64,000 nt of DNA from Mobula birostris. Its lineage: Eukaryota. The DNA lies in NCBI RefSeq assembly GCF_030028105.1, contig NC_092397.1, positions 42,350,613-42,414,612 on the forward strand, in the 5' to 3' direction. The translations under genes were made by a program, and so were the position numbers. Position 1 is the stretch's first letter, and each line of letters starts with the position of its first letter. Positions 38,901 through 51,132 of the stretch are shown piece by piece. The notes under the pieces were generated by a model. The model saw only the letters and a program-made list of their open reading frames with translations, was not told where the DNA came from and ran no database searches.

Positions 38901-39321
38901 CAAGTTTGTTTGTCGGCTCTTTACCCCCGTTACTGGAGTCCGACACACTTAAACAAAGTGTAGTTAATATTGCGATGGTGTCTGGGACATTAGTTCACCG
39001 ATATCTTTCAATTGATAAACGATTGGAATAAAACCGATTCTCAGCCACTGTTCGCGGTCGGTCATTGTGTAAACTCAAGTCAGTTTAGCAACGGGTCGCC
39101 CGTCAGAAAGTGGAGCTTTAACAAATACTCTGAACGACCCGTGACAGTGTTCAGCTCTCGCGTTGGAATGGGGTTAAGAGAAGTAACCAAAATAGGACAA
39201 AGCTTAATGAACCCACGGTAATTAAACCAGAAACAACAATTAGCGTCCACATCAGAGAAATGTGATAACCGAGAGGAAGCGACGGGGAAAGGGGTGTGTA
39301 ACGATTCCGTGTCTGTGCAGT
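38898..39321 (+). repeat. Inner inverted repeat, left copy
   Basis: Reverse complement of 40721-41130; about 15 differences in the first ~160 bp by manual count. Confidence 0.9.
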
Positions 39322-39482
39322 TGGCAGGAATTAACAGAGAAATTGGGATTATACTGAGCAGCGGACAGCAAATCCTGATTAACGGGGATAAGATTCTGAA
39401 TGAGCTCATCAACAAAAATAATCCAAATCTACCTCAATTCCATGTCTCAACATTGTGTAACTCTTTTAATGAAACCGTGAGT

Positions 39483-39498
39483 GGCTCTTAAAAGAGCC
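39483..39498 (-). terminator. Histone 3' stem-loop (H2B)
   Basis: Minus strand GGCTCT-TTTA-AGAGCC; HDE aaaagagtt. Confidence 0.95.
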
Positions 39499-39535
39499 TT
39501 TGATTTTCCGGTTTGTTTTGTCAGTAAACTTGTCT

Positions 39536-39910
39536 TCACTTGGAGCTGGTGTACTTGGTCACCGCCTTTGTCCCTTCGGACACGGCGTGCTTGGCCAGCT
39601 CCCCGGGCAGCAGCAGCCGCACGGCGGTCTGGATCTCCCGGGAGCTGATGGTGGACCGCTTGTTGTAATGGGCCAGGCGGGAAGCCTCGCCCGCGATGCG
39701 CTCGAAAATATCGTTGACGAATGAATTCATGATACTCATGGCCTTGGAGGAGATGCCGGTGTCGGGGTGAACCTGCTTCATCACTTTGTAGATGTAGATG
39801 GCGTAAGTCTCCTTCCTCGACCTCTTGCGCTTCTTGCCAGACTTGCTCGCTGGTTTGGACAAAGCTTTCTTGGCGCCCTTCTTGGGAGCGGGTTTCGCTG
39901 GATCAGGCAT
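39536..39910 (-). CDS. H2B: Histone H2B (124 aa)
   Basis: ATG at 39910 ([12 protein letters not shown]...KYTSSK); TATTTAA at ~39963-39969; CCAAT boxes at 40021-40082. Confidence 0.98.
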   Translation of the reverse strand: MPDPAKPAPKKGAKKALSKPASKSGKKRKRSRKETYAIYIYKVMKQVHPDTGISSKAMSIMNSFVNDIFERIAGEASRLAHYNKRSTISSREIQTAVRLLLPGELAKHAVSEGTKAVTKYTSSK

Positions 39911-40550
39911 TTCCTGGTCGGTTTCAAACACGATAATGAGCAGAAGTTGTTCGGAGCGCGGATTAAATAGGCAGCGCCCAAAGCGGTATGTTAATGAGGA
40001 TGGGAATTCTGAGCATTTCCATTGGCTGTTTGGAGAAATGAATCACCAATCGAAACGCTGGGGGATGGGAAGCGGCGCCAATGGGCGGGGTTACCGCTGT
40101 CGTTTAATGCGGGAGGAAGTACTGAAGGGCAGAGACAGGCCGGGGTGCGGGCTGAAATTGAAAAGGGAAACGCAAATTTCAAAAGCAGAATGAAAATAAA
40201 ATCAGATGAAATATTGTAAAAATTAAACACTAAGACGTTTAGTTCAGGGCAGCAGGAGAAGGAAGGAGAGATTTGGACATTTCAATATAAAGTTCAAATC
40301 GAGTTTATTTACGCACAGGTGAAAGAAACAACGTATTTGTAGCAGCATCACAGACAACATTGACAAGAAACACTGAAATTACATATGAATTATACCAAAA
40401 TATACAAATACGTAGACAGAAGACTATCAGAACAAAATCTAAATAACAAAGAGATTATGCGGGCAGTGGGAGAATCATCCCTCTTGTGCTTCTTCATCTC
40501 GTCACTCCAGATTCAGTGTCACACAACGCTGCCACTTTGATCTGGCCCAT

Positions 40551-40675
40551 TTTCAGCTTCTGTTCGCGGTGGGTCATTGGGTAAACTCAAGTCAGTTTAC
40601 CAACGGGTCGCCCTTCAGAAAGTGGAGCTTTAACAAATATTCTGAACGAACCGTGACAGTGTTCAGCTCTCTCGT
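40551..40675 (+). repeat. Third partial copy of the inner repeat
   Basis: Direct match to ~39039-39163 (ctgttcgcggt...aacgggtcgccc.tcagaaagtggagctttaacaaata...gtgttcagctctc); inverted relative to ~40890-40985. Confidence 0.85.
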
Positions 40676-40720
40676 GTCCACTGCTCAGTACATTCCCGAT
40701 GTCTCTGTTACATTCCTGCC

Positions 40721-41130
40721 CACTGCCCAGACACGGAATCGTTACGCACCCTTTCCCCGTCGTTTCCTCTCGGTGATCAGATTTCCCTGAAGAGGACACT
40801 AATTGTTGTTTCTGGTTTAATTACCATGGGGAATGCGGTTCATTAAGCTTTGTCCCATTTTGGTTACTTCCCTTAATCCCATTCCAACGCGAGAGTTGAA
40901 CGCTCACGGTTCGTTCAGATTATTTGTTAAAGCTCCACTTTCTGAAGGGCGACCCGTTCACAATGAGCGATCGCGAACAGAAGTTGAGAATCGGTTTTAT
41001 TCCAATCGTTTATCAATTGAAAGAAATCGGTGAACTAAATTCCCAGACACCATCGCAGTATTAACTACCCTTGGTTTAAACGTGTCGGACTTCAGTAACG
41101 GGGGTAAAGGGTCGACAAACAAACTTGTTG
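40721..41130 (-). repeat. Inner inverted repeat, right copy
   Basis: Reverse complement of 38898-39321. Confidence 0.9.
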
Positions 41131-41165
41131 GTCCTGACGAAGGGTCTCGGCCCGAAACGTCGACT
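41130..41165 (+). ncRNA. Minimal type-I hammerhead ribozyme motif, intact core, in a Penelope-derived element (41131-41260)
   Basis: GGTC-CTGACGA-A-GGGT CTCG GCCC-GAAA-CG-TC-GACT; predicted cleavage after C41161. Confidence 0.8.
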
Positions 41166-41448
41166 GTACCTCTTCCTAGAGATGCTGCCTAGCCTGCTGC
41201 GTTCACCAGCAACTTTGATGTGTGTTGCTTGAATTTCCAGCATCTGCAGAATTCCTGTTGCTTGCATTAAATGTGTCTGATTTCAGTAACGGGGGAATTA
41301 CAAAGACCCAGTCGTCAAACAGATCAGCAATGATTTAATTTCAGATTAAATGTGAACAATAGTTTTTTTTGGCGGGATTTTTCCATTTTTCAGCGCACTT
41401 TGGGGAGGAGAAGGTTACTTTCCGCGCTTCTACCTTTACCGGCTTTTG

Positions 41449-41558
41449 ATTGGTGATTAAGACAGTTCATCGATTGGGCCATTTCTTTTCACCAATGAAA
41501 ACAAGCAGCATTAAACCAATCACAAGCATTACTTTGCATTCTCAAAGAAGCTATAAAA
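41449..41558 (+). promoter_or_regulatory. H2A promoter: CCAAT boxes, octamer-like CTTTGCAT, TATA
   Basis: ATTGG at 41449 and 41473; CCAAT at 41492 and 41516; ctttgcat at 41532; TATAAAA at 41552-41558. Confidence 0.75.
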
Positions 41559-41623
41559 ATGCGAGTTGGGGGCGAGGTGAACATTCCCTCACTGTCGTTG
41601 GAGCAGTTGTTGTGACTGTGAAA

Positions 41624-42007
41624 ATGTCTGGACGTGGAAAAGGCGGCGCCGGCAAAGTTCGTTCCAAGGCCAAATCTCGCTCATCTCGGGCTGGACTGCA
41701 GTTCCCGGTCGGCCGGGTTCACAGACTCCTAAGAAAGGGCAACTATGCTGAGCGGGTGGGTGCTGGAGCCCCGGTCTATCTGGCTGCTGTGCTCGAGTAT
41801 CTGACAGCCGAAATCCTCGAATTGGCCGGCAACGCGGCCCGGGACAATAAGAAAACCCGCATCATCCCCCGACACCTGCAGCTGGCCGTCCGCAACGACG
41901 AGGAGCTCAACAAGCTGCTGGGAGGGGTGACTATCGCTCAGGGCGGTGTGTTACCCAATATCCAGGCTATGCTGTTGCCCAAGAAAACCGGCGGTGCCGG
42001 TAAATGA
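41624..42007 (+). CDS. H2A: Histone H2A (127 aa; [15 protein letters not shown])
   Basis: ATG at 41624, canonical fold, stem-loop downstream. Confidence 0.98.
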   Translation: MSGRGKGGAGKVRSKAKSRSSRAGLQFPVGRVHRLLRKGNYAERVGAGAPVYLAAVLEYLTAEILELAGNAARDNKKTRIIPRHLQLAVRNDEELNKLLGGVTIAQGGVLPNIQAMLLPKKTGGAGK

Positions 42008-42037
42008 AGCGATGTACGCTGAACCTATTTACCCAAA

Positions 42038-42053
42038 GGCTCTTTTCAGAGCC
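42038..42053 (+). terminator. Histone 3' stem-loop (H2A right)
   Basis: GGCTCT-TTTC-AGAGCC. Confidence 0.95.
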
Positions 42054-44021
42054 ACTCACAGTGTCTGTGGAAGGGCTGAGCAGCGGGTAATTTCCGTTCA
42101 GAGTAACTGGGCTGTGTATCTGTCACGGCCCCGACCGGAGCCACCCCTGGTAACGTTTTCTCTCCTTCCGTCGTGTTTCTTCCGCGAATTAAATCGGTAT
42201 AAGTCTGCACAGTACGCGGTCCGCTTCACCCTGACTCATTTCCCCTCTCTGCTGGCTGAATGGCGCTCTCTCCCCTTGCGGGGTGGGGAAATGAACTTAC
42301 AGAGTCAGCCCGCGGAGGGTGAATTTAATCTCCGATGATTGAACGACTCCGCTCTTCATGACCTGAAACCGCGTTGTCTGGGATTCACATTGCGGGTTGA
42401 CCCTGGACCGTTCTGGTGTGCAGCAGACGGGAACACCGCCTGCTGATTGCTTCATGAGCAATTCCCACCGCCTCACAGAACAATAATATTTGCCGCTTTA
42501 CATATATCTACAAAAGTACATTTACCGTATGGAACTGACAGTATTTACTGAAAATCTCGTCCACCTGGGTCTCTGAAGTATAAATGAACATTTGCAAAGA
42601 AGAGGTCAGTTTGGTCAGATCTCCCGTGACACGGCTCCCTCTGTGAGAACAGACTTTTGTTTGTGCCAGGGAGAAAAGAAAGGGGGTGGGTGGATCTAGT
42701 AGGAACTTCTAAATACTGATTGATAAAACTGGACACAGAATAAATTCTGCTCCACTAACCCTTTAGCAGTGCGGCGGTCCCAGTCAACATGATGGAGCAA
42801 TCCCCAGGGATGTCTTCTCTAAGTACCACTGAGATGTTCTCTCTGGTCAAACACATCTCTCCGTCTCTCTTCCCTCCACTCCATCGTACCTGTAGCATTT
42901 GTACTGCGAAACTGAGTTGCCGGTCCTGCCCCCTCCGACAACCATTTTTCTGTTGGGGATAACCACACACTGCTCCAGTCCACTCAGCTGAAAATGGGTA
43001 CGGGCAAATGCTGGGGGTTAACCTGGCGATAGACTGGCGTCCTATGTGGTGGGGGGGGGGGTCTCGTACTCTCAGTCGCTTCACGCCACAGAAACCGGCA
43101 TAAGCACCGGCCTGATGGGCCACAAGGCTCGGGACAGACTTTAACCTTTCAATATAATATCCCAGTCTCATGCACGGATCCATGCCCAAGGGCCATCTGC
43201 TGTTCAGAGAACAAAGGACAGTACAGGAGTGGCCCTTTGGCCCATCTCTACATATTCTTGTGACTGTCTAAGATTTCCTTAAATACTCCTGTGCTCTCTG
43301 CCTCTGCCACCACCCCTGACAGTGCATTCCATGTCTCCATCAATCTGTTGTCTTCACCTTCTTCCTCTGAGCTTACATACATCCCTTTTGTGAAAAATAC
43401 TACTGGCTGTCCACACCAACTATGACACACAAAATTCCACAGGTTTCTATCAAATCTCTCCTGAGCCGACGCCACTTCAGAAGAAAAAGTTTCAGCATGT
43501 CGAGCCTCTCCTCTGCGCACACCTCCTCCAGACATCCTGCTCCAAACCCTCCACATGCTTCCTATAATGAGGTGATCAGAACTGAATACTATACTCTCAA
43601 TGTGGCCTAACCATCATTTTATAAACCTGTAACATCATGTCCTGGTGCTTGAACTCAGTGCCTTGCCTGATGAAGATAAACATGCCATACACCGACTTTA
43701 CCTCCCTGTCAACCTGTGCTCCCAGTTTTGGGGAAACGATGTCTCTGAACCTCGACATCCTTCTCTTTGTCAATACTGTTAATGTTCCTACCATTAACTG
43801 TACACACCCTTGATCATGGATCTCCCAAAGTGCAGCCCTGAGTATCCTTTTCACCACAACGAATGTATGGAATGCAGTGGGATTATCTTCAATCCTACTT
43901 GCCGGAGATTTTTCATCACTGTTTCCAGCTCTCCAAACGTTCTTGAGTTCCCCTGTTTTTTAAATATAGTCCTCAAACACCCTGTTTGATTACAGATTCC
44001 TAAGCCTTACTTATGCTTCTT

Positions 44022-44118
44022 GACCAGTCCTGACGAAGGGTCTCGGCCTGGAACGTCGACTGTACCTCTTCCTACAGATGCTGCCTGGCCTGCTGCGTTC
44101 ACCAGCAACTTTGATGTG
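44022..44118 (+). mobile_element. ~97-bp hammerhead-bearing Penelope-derived insertion with 11-bp TSD; core mutated GAAA->GGAA
   Basis: Flanked by ttatgcttctt at 44011-44021 and 44119-44129. Motif at 44025-44062 reads ...GCCT-GGAA-CG-TC-GACTG. Confidence 0.85.
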
Positions 44119-47100
44119 TTATGCTTCTTCACCTCCTTGATTAAATTAACTTCTTGTCTCATCATCCAAGGTTTCTGAACCTTGCCATCCTTGACAAACT
44201 GGAACAAACTGGCCCTAAAACACCGCACTGGTCTTTAAACAAACTCCAGGTCAGATGTGGATTTGCCTCAAAATCCATTGTTACATATTGCCGTGCTTGG
44301 CATCTAACTCAGCTTCAATCTCTCCATTCAGTGACTGGTGTTTAGTTTCACATCCCCCTGTCAATCTCGTTTCAACCCTCATCGGGAGCAGCAATGAACC
44401 TCATGATACTGACCCCCCTCCAGTGAAGGTGCAAACTATCCATCTTGTACAGGTCACCCCAGCACCAGAAGAGGTTCCAATGTTCTGTAATCCTGAAACA
44501 CTGCCCCTGTATCAGCTCCTCAGCCACACATTCATCTGCTCTCACTTTCGGTTTGTATCCCTACAACCACAGGGCACTGGGAGTAAACTGGAGATTACAA
44601 CATTTCAGGTTCTACTCCATAACTTCTTCCCTAACTCTCTATATTCACTGTGGGACATCATCCCTTTTCTACCTGTCCATTGGTACCAACGTGAATCACC
44701 AACTCTGGCTGAATGATCACCATCCCCCTGTCTGTATCTGCTCTGAGATGACCCTGACTCTCAGAGTATTTACAACTTTTAAAACCAACAAAAGGCAACA
44801 AAAAAAGTCATAAAGACGAAAACTTTGGAATACGAAGGTAAGCTAGCCATTGGTATTAAAGAGGATACCAAAAGTTTCTTCAGATATACAAAGTGTAAAA
44901 GAGAGACAACAGTAGATATTGGTTCATTGGAAGTTGTTGCTGGAGAGGTAGTAATGGGGTAGAGGAAAATGGCAGACAAACTGAATAAGTATTGTGCATC
45001 AGTCTTCAGTGGGGAAGACATTAGCAGTCTGCTGGAAATTCAAGAGAATCAAGGGGCAGAAATGAGTAATTTTGCCTTTACTAGGGAGATGGTCCTTGGG
45101 AACTGAAAGGTCTGAAGGTAGATAATTCACCTGGACCAGATTGTCTACACCAGTTCATAGGAAAGATGTGGCTGACGAAATTGTGGCAGTTTTAGTAATG
45201 TTCTTTCCATAATCTCTGGATTCTGGTGTGGTTCCACAGAACAGGAAAATTGCAAAGGTCATCCACTTTTGAAGAGGGAAGCAGAAGAAAGCAAATCATA
45301 GACCAGTTAGTCTGATCTCAGTGGTTGGGAAGATAATGGAGTCGATTGTCAAGGATGTATTTTCGGGTACTTGGCAACACATGAAAAAATAGGCCAAAGT
45401 CAGCATGGTTTCCTTTAATCAGTCCTCACCAAAGACTTGTGTATCTGCAACACTTCTTCTCAACTCTTGTACTCAATGACACAAATGATGAAGGCCAGCA
45501 GATCAAACCCCATCTTCACCACCGTATCTAGCTGAGACGTCACTTTCAGTGAACTATACATTCACATGGACATTATTTATATAAATTACAAACAACAAAG
45601 GTCCTGTCACCCAGTGGCACACCACTAGACAGACAGCTCCAGTCTGAGACACAACCCTCAACCATCAGCCTCTGCCTCCTGTCACGGAGGCAATTATGGA
45701 ATCGATCAACTATCTCCCCAGATTCCATTTATAGATCTAACCTTCCAGACTATAGTCAAGGGCCTGGCCAATGTCCGTATAGACAATATCCACAGCCCTA
45801 ACATCATCAACGCTCTTGTGAAACTCCTCAAAGAGCTGCAAGAAATTTGCCTTGATTTCCCTTGCACAAAACTGTGCTGACTGTCTTGATTCAAACCAAA
45901 TGTTGGTGGATCCTGTTCTTCAGAAACTCCTCCAACAAGTTACAGAGTGATGGGCCTGTAGTTTCCACTACCCTTCTTAAACAATGCAACGCATAAGCCA
46001 TCAGTCCTAAAGTCATAGGAGCAGGATTAGGCCTTTTGGCCCGTTCAGTCTGTTCTGCCATTCCATCCCTCTCAACCCCATTCTCCTGCCTTCTACCCAT
46101 AAATTTTGATACCCTTAATAATAATTAAAAATCTACTAACCTCTGCTTTAAATAAACCTACTGACTGCCTTTATGGCTGCCTGTGGAAATGAAATCCATT
46201 GATTCATCACCTTCTGACTAAAGAAATTACTCATCTCTATTCTAGAGGGGCATTTTTATTGAGGGAGTGGTTTGGTTCTAGATTCCTCCATTATTGGAAA
46301 CACCCTCTCACGTCAATGCTATCTCGGCCGTTCAATATGTTTCTATAAGATTCTCCCTCATTCTTCTAGACTCCAGTGAGTACAGGCCCAGATCATCAAA
46401 TGATTATTATATCCTAACTCTCTCAGTTCTGGGATCATTCTCGTGAATTTCCACTCCAGCCTCTGCAATGCCAGCACATCCTTTCTTAGAAAAGTTACCC
46501 AACCCTGCTCACGATTCTCAAAATAAGGTCTGACCAAAGCCTCAGCATTAGATCCTTGGTTTTATTTTCTAGTTCTCTTGAAATGCATGCAAATATTACA
46601 TTTGCCTTCCTCACTACCAACTCAATGTGTACATTAACCTTCAGAGAATCGTGCACTAAGACCCTTTGCACAACTGATTTCTGTTCTCTCCCTGATTAGA
46701 AAGAGCCTAGGCTGTTATTCCTCCTACCAGAGTACATGACCACACACTTCCTTATACTGTATTTCATCTGGCACTTCCTTGTCCATTCTCCAAATCTGTC
46801 CAAGTGCTACTGCAGACTCCCTGCTTCCTCATCACTGCCTGCCTCTTTGTATCATCCACAGTCTTGGCCTCAAAACTATCAATTCCACATTACTCACCCT
46901 GTCCAATCATGTGCAACCTCAACTGGTGCCTGAGATGGAGCAAAATAATCTCTCCCCTGGCCTCCACAGTGTATTCTCCAGCTTCCCACCAAGTACGAGA
47001 ATGTACCTGATAAGGCCCTGGAGATTTACAACCTTAAAGAATTTTTGCAATGGTGAAATAACTGTCAGAAATATTCATGGAAAGCCTCTCCTATTTCATT

Positions 47101-50100
47101 TGCCTCCACACACAGATGGCCATGTTCACCTCCAAGGGGAACGATTCTGTGTCTAACTTACCTTTTCCTATGAATATACCAAGAGAATCTCTTGGATTTT
47201 GCTCATTTTGCCTTCTGAATCATGATATCCTCCTTTTACCCTCCTAACTTATATTAGAGATCCTATCTTTAATAATATTCTTGAATAATTTCCTGAGCAT
47301 TGATCCAAGTCTAACCAATCTATAATTTCCTGTTTGTCTCTATTGCTTAAGGAACAACATGCCCTGGAATATCAGCATTCCCTTCTCTGATCTCACTATC
47401 CTCCATGACCACACTGATAAATACTGATGAGAAGAACTGGTTTAGTTCCTCGCACACTTCAGACATAAACTCTCTCCTCTGTGCTTGTGTTGTCGTACCC
47501 TCTCCACAATGCCCCTTCTCACCAAAGTTATTTCTTCTTCCCGTTTCACACTTCTGATTCTCTCTCTAACTTCTCTCTTCCTTTCCTTGCTTCATGTTGC
47601 CAGAGGCCTTCTCCGATTTCTACTTCTGAAGTATTCCTTATCCTTCATTTTATTTCTGTCTGAATTCATAACATCTCTAGCTATGCCCCTCTGCCAGACT
47701 TTACCAGCCTTGTCTTTTCTCCTCATAGAAACAGTTCTGTCTGAATTCTGACCCGATTGCTTTTAAACATCATTTACATGTTCAATGTAGACAGTTGCAA
47801 TTAACTGTACCCCAAATGACCACATTAACACCTGGTCCAGTCTTCTCCTTATTCACTGTTCCCAAAATGAAACTTCTATCAATGGCCAGGCTCATTTCCC
47901 AATACAATGTCTACTATGACCCCCTTCCCAGGTTAGACTATCCACCTCTATGTTAAGTAACATCCCAGTCTTCTTCTAAAATATTCAGTGATATCTAAGC
48001 CCCTGACCCGAAGGGAGTCCCAGTCAACATTGGGGAAATTCATCACCCACTGCAACTACCCTGTTGCTTTTATATCTTTCATTACCTGCTACATTTCTGT
48101 TCCTTTATCTCCTGCTGGCATTTGGGAGGCCTGTGGTATAACCCCATCAGTGAATGCTCCTCTCTTATCCTGAGCTCTATCCACATTGTCTCACTGGATG
48201 AACCCTTCAGTGTGTCCTCTCTTAGTCCCTCACCCACAATTCCATATAAAGTCTGATCTGCCATCAGCCTTCCTTGTATGTCAATCCCACTTCCCTGATT
48301 TTACAAACATTTATCTTCCTTCTCTTTGAATCTTTTCAGTTATCCAGCCTCCCCATTCATCTCAGTTAGGGAATTCCAGTGTTTGTTATACAGTGTTTTT
48401 TTAATCATTTTTGGCCTTGTAGAACAGTGCAGGCATGTACTTTGGTTTCCTGCAGTCCACAGTTTTGAGTGCCACAGTCCCACACAGTCATCAGATTATG
48501 TAAAGGGAGAGGGAGTTTGAATGAAGTGAACATGAGCAGTTGGCACATTTTGCATGTCTCAGTTCCCAAGGAAACGTTTGATTGCCCATAATTCGGAACG
48601 TGGCAAGATCCAATAAAAAGAAGTTAGACTTAACCAGAGCGGTCATTGTATGAGTGGGCCAGAATTGGAGTGGGGAGTTGAGGTTTCGTCTCTTCTGAGA
48701 GATGTAGGCCGTAGGTAGATATATTTTGATTTAATCTTTATTTCTTTTGTATTACACATTTAGAACAGAGGGGATGCCAGACAAGATACTTGTCTTGATG
48801 GAAGGAGACAGAGGGTGGTCGTGGCAGCTTGTTATTCAGGTTGGAGGCCTCTGACCAGTGACATCCACAGGGATCAGTGCTGATACTGTCATTTGTCATC
48901 TACATTAACAATTTCTCTGACAATGTAGTGACAGTGAGTTTGCAGGTGACAGCAATGTTGGTGGTAGTGTGGACTGTGAAGATTGTATGAGAGTACAATA
49001 GGATCAAGATGAACTGGGGAAGTCAGCCAAAGAATGGCAGAAGGATATTGATGTGGACAAGTGTGAGGTGTTGCATTATGAGAAGTTCAACCAGGGAAGG
49101 ATCTGCACAGTAAATTCTTGTCCCTTGGAGAGTATTACAGAAAATTGGGTCCATGAAATACAGAAACATCATTCACTGAAAGTGACAACACAGGTAGTCA
49201 GGATGGTGAAGGTGGTGTTTGGCCTATTTGTCTTCATTGATCAGGGAACTGAGTAGAGGATTCGGGGTGCCATATGACAGCTGTAAAAGTCAAAGTGAGA
49301 CCAGACTGTATTTTGCACAGTTCTGGTCACCCAGTTGCAGGCAGGATGTCATGAAGCTGGCAAGTGTGGAGGGAAGTTTGATGAGGATGTTACTGACACT
49401 GGAGGACTTTAATTATCAGCAGAAGCTTGGACAGACTGGGACTCTCTTTCTCTCCACTGAGAGAGTAAGGAGCTGTCTGGTGACCGTCCAGAGGTTTACA
49501 AAATCAGTAGGTGAGCACTCTTTTTGTAGGGTAGGGAAGCCTAAATTTACAGGGTAATTGTTTAAGGTGAAGGGGAAACATTTAAAAGCTACCTTATGGG
49601 TGGGGGATGTTGCATCTTTGATTAAGGAGACCAACACTGCAGGAATAAGAGGGGTTTTGATGAGGTCTTGTAAGTAGAGGTTCTAAATAAAATGGTGAAT
49701 GATGATTTTGATGGGATTACACTGCTGGCCTCCCAATAGGCTCAGATATTGTGCAGCAGACATGTTGGTAAATCACACAGAGGGGTAATGGGAACAAGCT
49801 TACAGCAGTTGGGCATTTGAACTTCCTCATATTACCCTGTATGAAAAGTTTCAGTCTCCAGGAGAAATTTGGCAGACACAGGATCGGTTCATCCCTCAGC
49901 AGAAACAGTATTTAAAAGGGAGGATGAGGCAACCATCGCGAACAACAGAAGACAAAGGCAGCATAAAAGAACATGAGAGGGCAAAGAATATCATCAAATT
50001 TAATGGGAAGCTAAAGGATCGTGAAACTTTAAAAAAACAGAGCACAACTGTAATAACAATATACAGAAGTCAGATGAATTGTGAAAGTAACTGGCCCATA

Positions 50101-51096
50101 ATATAAACAAGATACAAAAAGATTTATTTTCAGATATATGAAGAGTAAAAGAGGCAAGAATGGACAAGGTTTTCAGTTTCCTATTCTCATGTTCGGACTC
50201 ACACCCCTCCCTGATTCTCTTTTTACACGATTTAGTTTATTCTGTATTTCTTAATTTAACTGTTTTTTTTTAGAAATTGCTCTGTACAGCTGTAGCAAAA
50301 CAACGAAGTTAATGACATATGTCCGTGATAATGAACATGATTTTGATACTAATCATCTTCACTGATCAATGTCGGTGCACAAAAGGTTTATTAATTAGTT
50401 GGAATAACTTCCCTCAACTTTACTTGGAAGGTTGTCGCAGATTACAGGGGCATCGTGATCATTTAGGGAAGAGGGTCAAGTGTGGCAAATGAATTTCAAT
50501 ATAGTGTGAGGCGGTGCATATTGGAAAGTCAAACCAGTGTAGAAGTTACACTATGAATGATTGGTCCTTGGGGAGTGTAATGGGCCGGAGAGATTTAGGG
50601 GTAAAGTGCACACACAGTTCATTTGAAAGTTGTGTCACTTGTAGACAGGGTAGTGAAGAACGGGTTTAACATGCTGGTCTTCATTAGTCAGGGGATAGAG
50701 TATATCAGTTGTGACATTATGTTACAGTTGTGTAAGTGACTGGAGGCCTCACTTGCCGATTTGTGTACAGCTCTTGTCACCGTTATAGGAAACGTGGTTA
50801 AACTGGGGAGAGTGTAGAAAGGATTTCCAAGGATGTTTCCCGGACCCGAGGTTCTCAGTTACACAGAGAGTTTGGCCAGACAATGTCTATTGTCCTCTAT
50901 TCCTTGGAATCAGAATCAGATTTATCACTGTGTTATACGACGAGGCACCTGTCGTTTTATTCTGACAGCAGTACAGGCCTCTGAAGGTGCAGATGTGAAC
51001 ATTGTGCCAGCATAACGCCAAGAGATTCTGGGAATGGCGAACAACGCGGACAAGATGCTGGAGGAACCCAGCAAGTCAGGCAGCATCTCCCACCAG

Positions 51097-51132
51097 AGTC
51101 CTGATGAAGGGTCTCGGCCCGAAATGTCGACT
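51097..51132 (+). ncRNA. Minimal type-I hammerhead ribozyme motif inside a 19-bp inverted repeat
   Basis: AGTC-CTGATGA-A-GGGT CTCG GCCC-GAAA-TG-TC-GACT. Inverted repeat cagcaagtcaggcagcatc at 51069-51087 and 51149-51167. Confidence 0.75.

Noticed and set aside
41450-41623. N-terminal extensions of H2A (41450, 36404) and H2B (39931) in the ORF track
   Set aside because: They start at TTG/GTG codons in the promoter or 5' UTR; canonical ATGs lie downstream.
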